This document shows, one piece after another, positions 47,495 through 55,613 of a stretch of DNA of 64,000 bases. The notes below the pieces were generated by a model that was not told the DNA's origin, ran no database searches, and worked only from the letters and a program-made list of their open reading frames with translations. Made by a program: the position numbers and the translations under genes. The first letter of the stretch is position 1. The number at the start of each line of letters is the position of its first letter. The DNA comes from a virus, in IMG/VR virus record IMGVR_UViG_3300031111_000001, positions 1-64,000 of that record, one strand, 5' to 3'.

Positions 47495-47769
47495 TAGGCG
47501 TTCAGGGAGGCCTTGAAGGTGCCGCTGACCGTAAACTTCACGGACTTGGTGGCCGGGATCAGAATCTTCTCGCCGGTCTTGGGATTGCGGCCATCACGCG
47601 GGGCACGCTCCACGGGCACCAGCTTGCCGAAGCCGCTGATGGCAACGGTGTCGCCACCGGCCAGCACGTCCTTGATCTCGCCGAAGATCAGGTCCACGGT
47701 GGCCTCGGTCTTGGCTTTGGACAGGCCCAGCTTGGGAGCGATCTGCTCCACGAACTCCATACGATTCAT
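47494..47769 (-). CDS. hup: HU-family DNA-binding protein
   Basis: ISGFGK..RDGRNPKTGEKI. Confidence 0.95.
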   Translation of the reverse strand: MNRMEFVEQIAPKLGLSKAKTEATVDLIFGEIKDVLAGGDTVAISGFGKLVPVERAPRDGRNPKTGEKILIPATKSVKFTVSGTFKASLNA

Positions 47770-47806
47770 TGTTGCTCCTTGTTCTTGTATTGCGAAGGGT
47801 TAGAGG

Positions 47807-49648
47807 TTATCCCTCGACCAGTTCGGGATGCTCTTTGCGCAGAGCTTCGATCTGTTCGGGGGTATGTTCGTTCGGGCACGCTTCGTGAATGCCCTGGACC
47901 GGCCCACAGATGGGGCACATTGAGTAGGTCACGTTCAGCCCGAAATAGGGCAGATTGGTGTCGCAGATCATCCGCACCAGAGCCTCGGCGTCCTTCTCGT
48001 CGATCTCATGATCGAGATAGAAGTGCTGGACCGTGCCCCCGGATGGGATCACCTGAAGCTGCGTTTGGGTGGCGAAGACCAGATCAAGCTGATCCTGCAT
48101 GTCAGCCGGGACAAAATGGCTGTTCGTGAAGTACGGCCTGACCTTCAGCCCCTGATGCTCGATGTCGGGGAAGCTCTTGAGAGCCTTCTTTGCCAGCTTG
48201 TAGGACGCGCTTTCGGCAGGGGTGGCCTCAAGATTGAAGAGCGTCCCTGTCTCGTTGATGAAGCGATCCACGTTGGATTTCATGCGATGCAGGACGCCCT
48301 TGGCAAACTCCAGGCCTTCCGGCGAGGCAAAGCCGAAGCTGTCGTTGGTCGCGATGCAAGTGGCCTCCCAGAGGCCCACAAAGCCGATGGTCGTAAAGAA
48401 CGTGTCGAAACGGCGCGGCAGGTTTGCCATGCACATGGGGAAAAACCCCTTGTCGTAAAACTCGTTCACGACCTTGCGCTTCCATAGTTCCTCGTCCTTG
48501 ATCAATTCCATCCAGCGGTCCAGTTCCTCCCAGAAGCTCAAGTCGTTCGCCTTGCAGTGCTGGGCGAGGTACGGGAGGGAGATTGTGACAACCTGAAGGG
48601 AGCCAGTGCTGTCTCCAGCACCAAACAACCCGCCCGTATGGGAACGGAGGTCGTTCAGGTCGAGAGACAGGCGGCAGCACATGCTGCGCACGTCTCTGGG
48701 ATCAAGCCGCTTGTCGCCGGAAGTCACGCCGTTTATGAAGTTCTGAAAGAACGGCGTGCCGTATTTCGCGGTAAGTCTCCAGACCCTGGACCTGATATGG
48801 TCGATTTCAGGATCGTCGAGGAAGTCTTCCGTGACGTTGATGGTCAGGACAGGGAACGTAAAGCCCTTGCCGGTATAGTCGCCCTCGATGAAGATATCCA
48901 AGATCGTGGCACACACAAGCTGCTGCCAGTGTTCCAATTCCCCGTAGGTGCTGTTTTTCACCTTGATTCCGTCTTCGTGATACGAATAGAAATCGTCGAG
49001 GGATTTGCTGCCGATGCTGGCGCGTTGATCTCTCATATCTTCCGGGCACTTCATCGCCAACGTGATGTTGGTGAAGGGTGTCTGACCGCCGTAGCGGTTG
49101 GTCTGGTTCAAATGGAAGATCAACTCTTGGATGCTTTGTCGCACCTCCTCCCGCGTTTGCTGGAAGGCGATCTGGCGCGGCACCCCTTGCTTCTTCTTGT
49201 CGAGGTAGAACTTGTATGCGTAGGCCCCAAGGTACACGTCGATGTCGTTGAATGCGATGGCCCCAGCCACTTCGTTGCACACGGAGCCGATGGTGTTCAC
49301 CATGTGGTTGATGACCGTGCGGAAGTGTTTTGGGGGACCAGACGGCACGGGGCCTGTGTTCATGCCGTTGTTGATCAGCATCGCCATTGATAGGCCGATG
49401 CAGTAAGGGGTCAGGTAGCCCAGTGACAGATCGTGGATATGACAGCCACCAGCCTTGTGGAGGTCCACAAGTTCCCCAAACTCTTCTTCAAGTCGTTTCA
49501 GGTTGTCCCGGTTGAGACAAACCCCGCCAACTGTGAAGAGCAAACCGTTTGGTGTGACTCCCATGTTGGCGTTTTCGTTGTTGTAGTCGCCGCCCGCCAC
49601 GTAATCATCAATGATCGTGTCTATGCGGACGCGAACCTCCTTGGTCAT
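47807..49648 (-). CDS. nrdD: anaerobic (class III) ribonucleotide reductase catalytic subunit lacking the C-terminal glycyl-radical motif
   Basis: HIHDL, YC, QTPFTN, FTFP, RSMCCRL, TGSLQVVTI, NLEATPAES, SGGTV, CPICG; no RVxGY. Confidence 0.92.
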   Translation of the reverse strand: MTKEVRVRIDTIIDDYVAGGDYNNENANMGVTPNGLLFTVGGVCLNRDNLKRLEEEFGELVDLHKAGGCHIHDLSLGYLTPYCIGLSMAMLINNGMNTGPVPSGPPKHFRTVINHMVNTIGSVCNEVAGAIAFNDIDVYLGAYAYKFYLDKKKQGVPRQIAFQQTREEVRQSIQELIFHLNQTNRYGGQTPFTNITLAMKCPEDMRDQRASIGSKSLDDFYSYHEDGIKVKNSTYGELEHWQQLVCATILDIFIEGDYTGKGFTFPVLTINVTEDFLDDPEIDHIRSRVWRLTAKYGTPFFQNFINGVTSGDKRLDPRDVRSMCCRLSLDLNDLRSHTGGLFGAGDSTGSLQVVTISLPYLAQHCKANDLSFWEELDRWMELIKDEELWKRKVVNEFYDKGFFPMCMANLPRRFDTFFTTIGFVGLWEATCIATNDSFGFASPEGLEFAKGVLHRMKSNVDRFINETGTLFNLEATPAESASYKLAKKALKSFPDIEHQGLKVRPYFTNSHFVPADMQDQLDLVFATQTQLQVIPSGGTVQHFYLDHEIDEKDAEALVRMICDTNLPYFGLNVTYSMCPICGPVQGIHEACPNEHTPEQIEALRKEHPELVEG

Positions 49649-49723
49649 TCGGAGATCACTCCTTTGTTGAGCAGTTAATCCTCAAGCCTTAACCGGATGA
49701 TACTTGTCGATTGTACTTGATGA

Positions 49724-50257
49724 TTACTGCCCGGAGTGACCGAAGCCGCCTTCCCCGCGTTCGGAGTCGGCCAATTCGTTTGCCACCACGAACTTCAGAT
49801 TACGATTGATGACGGGCTTGATGACGCCCTGCGCGATCCTGTCGCCCTTTTTGATGATCAAGGGCATGTTCATTGTCACGATGCCCAGGTCAGCCATGTT
49901 CGTGACGTGGCCGTCGATATCCACCTCGATAGTGTCCTTGCCTTCGTACTGGGCATTCATCAGGCAATGGACGATTATGTTCAGTGGGCCTCGGTAGCCT
50001 TCGTCCACGGTGCCGGGCGAGTTCTTGATGATGTAGGGGGTTTCGAGGGCCATGCCGCTACGCGGACGGACCTGCATTTCGGTGTTTGGGGGAAGTTCCA
50101 TCGAGAGCCCGGTCTGAATCACGACAGTTTCGCCGGGCAGGACGATCACATCCTCGATGGTGTAAAAGTCAAAACCAGCATCGCCTGCTTTGGCGATGGT
50201 TGGGATAACGGCGTCAGGATGCCGTTTTCTCCACTTCACAGTCTGCAATCGCTGCAC
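49724..50257 (-). CDS. dut: trimeric dUTPase
   Basis: AGFD, RPRSG, GTVDEGYRG, GDRIAQ, RGEGGFGHSG. Confidence 0.95.
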   Translation of the reverse strand: MQRLQTVKWRKRHPDAVIPTIAKAGDAGFDFYTIEDVIVLPGETVVIQTGLSMELPPNTEMQVRPRSGMALETPYIIKNSPGTVDEGYRGPLNIIVHCLMNAQYEGKDTIEVDIDGHVTNMADLGIVTMNMPLIIKKGDRIAQGVIKPVINRNLKFVVANELADSERGEGGFGHSGQ

Positions 50258-50477
50258 CTCCGGTGATAATGGTTTGGAGTTGGGCCTTCACGTTGGCCGC
50301 AGCCGTGATCTCGGCGACGATGGCGTTGTTGCGTTGCTTCAGGGTGTCGATCTTGGTGTTGTTGGTGGTCTTCTCGCCCTGGAGCAGCTTGGTCCCTTCG
50401 TCGAGCTTCGCAACCATGGTCTTGAACTGCCCGATGACTCCACGAATCTTCTTGAAACCCTTGTCTTTGTTGAACAT
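50214..50477 (-). CDS. coiled-coil hypothetical protein
   Basis: GGAG RBS; heptad pattern. Confidence 0.65.
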   Translation of the reverse strand: MFNKDKGFKKIRGVIGQFKTMVAKLDEGTKLLQGEKTTNNTKIDTLKQRNNAIVAEITAAANVKAQLQTIITGGAAIADCEVEKTAS

Positions 50478-50488
50478 GTTGTACTCCG

Positions 50489-51112
50489 CTAGGGGGTCTG
50501 GACGGCCATGGTATTGTCGCCAGTCCCACGGTAAGCCGTGGTGTAAGCCGACATGGTTGCGCCGGAAGCGATCAGGCCACTGCTGCTGCGGTCAAAGGAC
50601 GCGCACTTGGAAGCGTTCAGGCCCAGCTTCGCGCCCTCGGCCTTCCCGTCGATCCCGGCAGCGAGGAAGATGAAGTCCCAATTGTACTTCTCCTTCTGGT
50701 GCCGGACCATCTCGTTGATGATGGTCGCGCCGTACTCGCGAGACTGATTCTCATGGCCGTCCGTGAGGACCACGAACAGGACGCGGGCGGGCCGCTCGTC
50801 TTCGGGCAAAGCGTTCAGTTCGTTGCCCACCCTGGTGATCGTGATGCCAACGGCGTCCAGCAGGGCGGTCATGCCACGGGGCTGGTACGTCTCGCCCAGG
50901 ATCAGGTCGGGGCAGTCCTTGATGGGCTTACGGGTGTAGATCACCTCCACCACATCATCGAACTGCGTGAGGGACAGTTCGGCCTCGTCGGGGCCGGTGC
51001 GCTGTTCGTCGAGGAAACGGTTGAACATCCCCACGGCCTCCGGGGCAATGCTGCCCATGGAGCCAGAACGGTCCAGAATCACGTTGATCAGAGTCATGTC
51101 TTTCATGGTCAA
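50489..51112 (-). CDS. standalone vWA-domain protein
   Basis: ILDRSGSM MIDAS, PRGMTALLDA, LTDGHENQS, WDFIFLAA. Confidence 0.9.
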   Translation of the reverse strand: MTMKDMTLINVILDRSGSMGSIAPEAVGMFNRFLDEQRTGPDEAELSLTQFDDVVEVIYTRKPIKDCPDLILGETYQPRGMTALLDAVGITITRVGNELNALPEDERPARVLFVVLTDGHENQSREYGATIINEMVRHQKEKYNWDFIFLAAGIDGKAEGAKLGLNASKCASFDRSSSGLIASGATMSAYTTAYRGTGDNTMAVQTP

Positions 51113-52500
51113 TTGTCCATCCAGTTGTACTTGTTATTCATGATGGCCTTGAGCATGACGTTGGTGGGCGTCAGGCTTTCCAGACCCGCTTCCATGATCG
51201 CCTTCATCACCGCCGGGGAGTACCCGCTGACGAGGGCAGCACCAGACTGATGCTGGCGCACGGGACAGTTGCCGGGCCGGGCGTTCAGGTTCCAAAACAC
51301 GACGTTCGGAAGCTCGTAGCCGTACCGGGTAAACTCGGCAGTAGCGTTGGTGAAAAGGTGGTTGCTGCCCGTGACACAGGAATCGAACTCCATGTCGGAG
51401 AAGATGATCAGCGTCCTGGGCATGTCCTCGGCGGGCACCTTATTCCCGACGGCCACCTTGAGGATTTCTCCCATGGCCTTCTCGATGTTGGTGTTCATGC
51501 CCCAATGGGCACGCTCCAGATTCGCCTTTTTGGCAATGATGTCTCGACCATGCAGGGTGTGGAACTGCGGATTCTTAGAAAAGGTCAAGACCAAGTCCTT
51601 GAAGGCCCCGGTCTGCCGGGTGGCGATGAACAACCCCATGGCAACAGAAACGTCGAGGGCAGAGAGATTGGGAGAAATCTGCGCCCACATGGACCCGGAG
51701 ACATCAACCATCGGCAGCACGCCGTTCAGGTTGGCCGGGAACGGAATGGCATCCCACTGCGCCTGGACGGCCTTCCGCTGCGTGCCCTTCAGCACGTCGT
51801 GGGGGAAGATTGCACTGGCGTTGATCTTGGCCTCGCCCTTCTCCAGAGCGTTCAGGTACGCACCGTAGCGGTCACCGCAGTTGCGGGTGAACGCCTTCTG
51901 GTAACGGGCCGACGCGACGGACGGAACGTGGTTGAACTCGATCTTGTCCCACTCCCCGGCGCACATCTTCTGCTCGACGGTGTTGGACAGGCCCACCAGC
52001 AGCTTGCGATACTGCTTGGGGGCCAGACCCATGAACTCGCGCAGGGCCACGGCATTGTCGCCCTTGCGGGGCATCCATTTGGCACACAGGCCGTCACCGG
52101 CTTCCAGTGCCTCGGCGATGAAGGGGAAGATGTCGTGTTCGCGCAGTTCGTCGTCCCCGAAGTGCAGGAGGTCATCCCAACGGCCCACGACGGGCACCAG
52201 CGGGATCAGTTTTTCGACCACTTCGGGCCGCTCATGGCAGAGCGTGTCCATCAGGTTGCGGAAGGTCTGGCGCTCACCGGCACCACCACGGCAGTCTCGC
52301 GCCCAGAGCAGGGTGCGGATGGCCTTGTCCTCGTCCGCGACAAAAGCGTCCCAAAAGGGATCGGAAACGTCCTTGCCACGGCTGGCCCCGATCATGAAGA
52401 ACAGATCGACAAGCGGGTTCAGGGTGGTGGAGAACGCCTCCATTCCGTTGGCAGTGTGGGAGTCACGGATGTTGTTGACGCCATTGACAAACTGGTTCAT
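51109..52500 (-). CDS. DUF2828-type helical + vWA protein (Ro60/TROVE-like architecture)
   Basis: LVDLFF, RDCRGGAGER, GRWDDL, CAKWMPR, VPSVAS; DVSGSM MIDAS, SDMEFD, VVFWNL, VSGYSP. Confidence 0.85.
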   Translation of the reverse strand: MNQFVNGVNNIRDSHTANGMEAFSTTLNPLVDLFFMIGASRGKDVSDPFWDAFVADEDKAIRTLLWARDCRGGAGERQTFRNLMDTLCHERPEVVEKLIPLVPVVGRWDDLLHFGDDELREHDIFPFIAEALEAGDGLCAKWMPRKGDNAVALREFMGLAPKQYRKLLVGLSNTVEQKMCAGEWDKIEFNHVPSVASARYQKAFTRNCGDRYGAYLNALEKGEAKINASAIFPHDVLKGTQRKAVQAQWDAIPFPANLNGVLPMVDVSGSMWAQISPNLSALDVSVAMGLFIATRQTGAFKDLVLTFSKNPQFHTLHGRDIIAKKANLERAHWGMNTNIEKAMGEILKVAVGNKVPAEDMPRTLIIFSDMEFDSCVTGSNHLFTNATAEFTRYGYELPNVVFWNLNARPGNCPVRQHQSGAALVSGYSPAVMKAIMEAGLESLTPTNVMLKAIMNNKYNWMDN

Positions 52501-52545
52501 CTTGTTTTCCTTTTCAATGGAGGTTGTAATTGCTGAAATGAACCA
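52491..52545 (-). promoter_or_regulatory. Y-stem-like operator hairpin sequestering the start codon of 51109-52500
   Basis: UGGUUCAU-UUCAGCAA...RBS...AUGAACCA-GU. Confidence 0.7.
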
Positions 52546-52560
52546 TAGACAGTGGACAAT

Positions 52561-52705
52561 ACAGAGTGGTGGGTTTGCATACGCGCTCTACCAGACTAAG
52601 CTACATCCCCCTGGCCCGAAGGCTTTAGTGTCGGGAGACGACAGGATTTGAACCTGCGACCTCGTCCTTCATATGGATTGCGGTTTTAGTTGCTGAAACC
52701 ACTCT
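52561..52705 (-). ncRNA. Y-RNA-like unit 1 with circularly permuted tRNA module (T-AS-D)
   Basis: AGAGUGGU/ACCACUCU stem + UUCAGCAA; GCAGG-UUCAAAU-CCUGU T arm; closed acceptor; GCUU-AGUCUGGUA-GAGC D arm. Confidence 0.75.
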
Positions 52706-52712
52706 AAAAGAA

Positions 52713-52773
52713 GCGGGATGGATAACTTGAATGAATCCATTTCATTTTGTTGTTTGATTGCTGAAACCATCCC
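52713..52773 (-). ncRNA. Y-RNA-like unit 2 (short)
   Basis: GGGAUGG/CCAUCCC stem + UUUCAGCAA. Confidence 0.65.
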
Positions 52774-52780
52774 AAACAAT

Positions 52781-52961
52781 ACGGAGTGGGTTCTGTAATG
52801 CCCCTAGTGTATGGGGCCTCACCAGTGGCATCGGATGTGCCTTACAGTACGGCAAGCGAACTGGTGCCGGATTCCCACCGGATGCTCAGATTGCATTATG
52901 GATTTCAGTTCTCAAGAGACGTTGTTCCCGTGTTTTCTTGTAGAAGACTGAACCCACTCCG
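52781..52961 (-). ncRNA. Y-RNA-like unit 3 with divergent permuted tRNA-like module
   Basis: 12-bp CGGAGUGGGUUC stem; CCGG-UGGGAAU-CCGG, CACCAGU/ACUGGUG, GCCCC/GGGGC arms. Confidence 0.65.
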
Positions 52962-52967
52962 AAAGAA

Positions 52968-53099
52968 ACGGAGTACAGTTTTTGCATTACAAAGGTTCTA
53001 CCAGTTGAACTACCTCCCGGTACTGTGGTTGGTCGGGAGGGGTGGACTTGAACCACCAACCGTTTGTTCCTATTGCGTTTGGCTTGCTGCATGTACTCC
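52968..53099 (-). ncRNA. Y-RNA-like unit 4 with circularly permuted tRNA module
   Basis: GGAGUACA/UGUACUCC stem + UGCAGCAA; GGUGG-UUCAAGU-CCACC; CCUCCCG-ACCA..-CGGGAGG; GUUC-AACUGGUA-GAAC. Confidence 0.78.
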
Positions 53100-53106
53100 A
53101 AAAATT

Positions 53107-53183
53107 TGTCGAGAGGTGCCGGAATTGAACCGACGTTGCCGGGTAAGGCCGCCCAGTATCCTCGCCAACTGGATGAACCTCTC
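53107..53183 (-). tRNA. aberrant tRNA-like RNA with 8-nt anticodon loop (identity undetermined)
   Basis: intact acceptor, D and T arms; loop CGGCCUUA; 3' end G-ACA. Confidence 0.65.
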
Positions 53184-53188
53184 GATTC

Positions 53189-53264
53189 TGGGGAGATCGG
53201 GCAGAATCGAACTTCCACTCCACGGGTCACAACCGTGTGCTTTGACCATTAAGCTACGAACTCC
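53189..53264 (-). tRNA. tRNA-His(GUG)
   Basis: G-1:C73, loop UUGUGAC, CCA. Confidence 0.88.
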
Positions 53265-53284
53265 ATAACGATCCCCCAAAAAAA

Positions 53285-53350
53285 ACAGGATGGGCTACTT
53301 GTCAGGTGGTTAGACCAGAGTTTTTCGCATTTGTTTGCTGAATCCATCCT
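53285..53350 (-). ncRNA. Y-RNA-like unit 5 (short)
   Basis: AGGAUGG/CCAUCCU stem + AUUCAGCAA; 3' GU. Confidence 0.65.
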
Positions 53351-53356
53351 AGCGAT

Positions 53357-53414
53357 ACAGAGTGCTTACGTTTTTGCTTAACAGGCAATTGTTTTTGGTT
53401 GCTGAATGCACTCT
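53357..53414 (-). ncRNA. Y-RNA-like unit 6 (short)
   Basis: AGAGUGC/GCACUCU stem + AUUCAGCAA; 3' GU. Confidence 0.65.
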
Positions 53415-53696
53415 TAAAGATTCGCGGCCATACATCCAGTGGTTCGCGATACCACTACATCATGATGCAGGGAGGGTCCGTTTCCATCACCGTTGTGTCA
53501 CCGGGGCTCTACGGTGCGAGTGGGTGAACTATTCGCACCGTACCGCAAAAGTGGTGCGGCTTGCCTACCGCACTTGCCGGGGCTTAAACCGGATCAGGAT
53601 AATCGGGAGCAGATCGGCCACATGCGCGGGCCATAGCGTTCAGCTTTCAACTTCCTTTTGCTGCTCAACCGATTTTCGTTTACTCCTTTCATCGAG

Positions 53697-53728
53697 TTAG
53701 TCGTACCGACGCCCGTGTCTGGATGAAT
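53697..53728 (-). promoter_or_regulatory. 32-bp repeat copy 1, putative phage-specific promoter
   Basis: identical to 57072-57103; AT-rich tract upstream on - strand. Confidence 0.6.
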
Positions 53729-54017
53729 GATTTTCGAAGTTTTTGAATATTTTTGAATAAAATTTAGCTGCCAAATTTGCTTTGCATTACCGCAAGAGCG
53801 GCAATAAAGAAAATCATACCAATGAAGAATATCGGAGCAGAGCCTCCAGGGATCACCAATTCGGTTCCGCAATCAATTAAAATACTATACATTTGGCTTC
53901 CTTGTTGTCTTAGTAGGCTGGCGATCTACCACAAGGAGTTGGAACCATAATTCCAACCCCTTGGGGTGGCCGGGAATATCCCGTCCCGGCCAATCGGGCT
54001 TCGGAGGAGGGTGTGGG

Positions 54018-55265
54018 CTACTTGCCCACGGTGGGGTCCAGGGCGAGTTTCTTCGCCATGTCCACCTGAATCATGTTCAGGATGCCCATGATCTCGCTGT
54101 CGGAGCCGGTGCCACCGTTGGCACCACCGGACACGATCACGGTGTCGGGCACCTGACGCTTGGCGATGGCTCCAGCCATGTTCGCATAGACGCGCTCGTA
54201 GGTCGCCAGCTTCTTGTCGAGGGCACCGTCAGCGGCGATCCGCATCTTTGCGGCCTGGGCATCACCCTCGGCACGCAGAATGGTGGCCTTTTTGTACTCT
54301 TCAGCGGCCTGACGATCCAGCTTGGCGACTTCCAGTTCCTGCGCGGCCTTGGTTTCGGCGACTTCCTTGGCCTGTTCGGCCTCGGTCACCTTCTGGGCCT
54401 TGATGACCTTCTGCGCCCACTCGGCCTTGGCCGCATCGGCAGCACCCTGACGCTCGGTGGTCAGCTTATCCTGCTCGGCCTTCTTGGCATTGGCGATGGC
54501 GGTCTGCACGTCCATGGTGATCTTGCGCTGCTGCTCGATCTGGGCCTGGACCTTGTCGTCGTACCGGATGTCGTTCACTGCGAAGTTGTAGAAAGTGATG
54601 CCAAACGCGGCGATAGGCGACTCTTCCTGACGCTTCCAGCCGCCGGGGGACTTGGGATCGGCGATGCGTTCCGTCAGGGTGACGGTCTTCGTCTCGCCGG
54701 TCAGTTCGTCCGTGATCTTCGTGTCACGGGTGGTGGTCGCATAGATGCCGAACTTGGCCTGATCCTCGATGAAGTTTACCAGTTGGCTGCGCTTCTCGGC
54801 GTAGGACTCGCGAGACGACACCAGCGGGCCGGATGCGAAGATCGCCTTGCGCACGACGGTGCGGATCAGGTTGTCCTCGATACCGGGCATGGAGCGGTAC
54901 TTTTCGTGCAGCTTCAGCATGTTGACGGGGTCAACGGGCAGATCGTAGCGCACGGAGCCGCTGACCATGGCCGTACCGGCATCGTTGAAGGTGATCTTCA
55001 GGGACTGGTCGGCGGTGCCGCCCTCGTCGGTCTGGGACGAGAACCAAAGCTGGTTCGACTTGGTGTAGTAGGTCAGGTCACCGAAAAGCTGGGCCTTGGG
55101 GCCAGCGGTAACCCATGGCGTCAGTTCGCCCGTGGTGATGGCCTGCTTGACACAGATGTTTCCGGCAGGGACATTCTCGATCAGGGAGCCGCCCATGGCG
55201 ACGACCACGACCAGAATGATGCCGAACACAGCGGCCATCACACCCTTCTTGGGGGTGAATTTCAT
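54018..55265 (-). CDS. SPFH/band-7 (prohibitin-like) membrane protein
   Basis: N-terminal TM, ITFNDAG..SGSVRY, AE-rich coiled coil. Confidence 0.85.
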   Translation of the reverse strand: MKFTPKKGVMAAVFGIILVVVVAMGGSLIENVPAGNICVKQAITTGELTPWVTAGPKAQLFGDLTYYTKSNQLWFSSQTDEGGTADQSLKITFNDAGTAMVSGSVRYDLPVDPVNMLKLHEKYRSMPGIEDNLIRTVVRKAIFASGPLVSSRESYAEKRSQLVNFIEDQAKFGIYATTTRDTKITDELTGETKTVTLTERIADPKSPGGWKRQEESPIAAFGITFYNFAVNDIRYDDKVQAQIEQQRKITMDVQTAIANAKKAEQDKLTTERQGAADAAKAEWAQKVIKAQKVTEAEQAKEVAETKAAQELEVAKLDRQAAEEYKKATILRAEGDAQAAKMRIAADGALDKKLATYERVYANMAGAIAKRQVPDTVIVSGGANGGTGSDSEIMGILNMIQVDMAKKLALDPTVGK

Positions 55266-55319
55266 ACAGTTGTTCTCCTTGATGGTTGTTGAGGCGAAGG
55301 TGTTGTGGCTGTCGGGCCA

Positions 55320-55613
55320 CTAGGTGATCTTGGTGATCTTCTTCTTGGCGTCGGCCAGGGTGTCGCTGATGCTCTCGGTAACCTCTTCGGCGAGGTCTTC
55401 GGCACGGTCCTTGACGGCGTCCACGGTGTTCTTGAGCTTTTTCTGCACGTCGATCTCGGACAGCGCGATCTCGGCCTCCCGTGCCAGCTTGTTGGACTTG
55501 CTGAACAGCGGAAACAAGGCCTCACCCTTGATCATGGGCAGAGCGATCTGAGTGACGAAGAAGATCGCAAGCAGGGCGAGGCCCGCCAGCATGAAGATGT
55601 AGTACATCTTCAC
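55320..55613 (-). CDS. membrane-anchored SPFH partner protein
   Basis: N-terminal TM, QIALPMIKG..LFPLF, coiled coil. Confidence 0.7.
   Translation of the reverse strand: MKMYYIFMLAGLALLAIFFVTQIALPMIKGEALFPLFSKSNKLAREAEIALSEIDVQKKLKNTVDAVKDRAEDLAEEVTESISDTLADAKKKITKIT

Noticed and set aside
52491-53414. CRISPR array interpretation of the recurring TGCTGAA motif
   Set aside because: The repeats are not identical, spacing varies from ~60 to ~250 nt, the inserts are self-folding or tRNA-like, and no cas genes are present.
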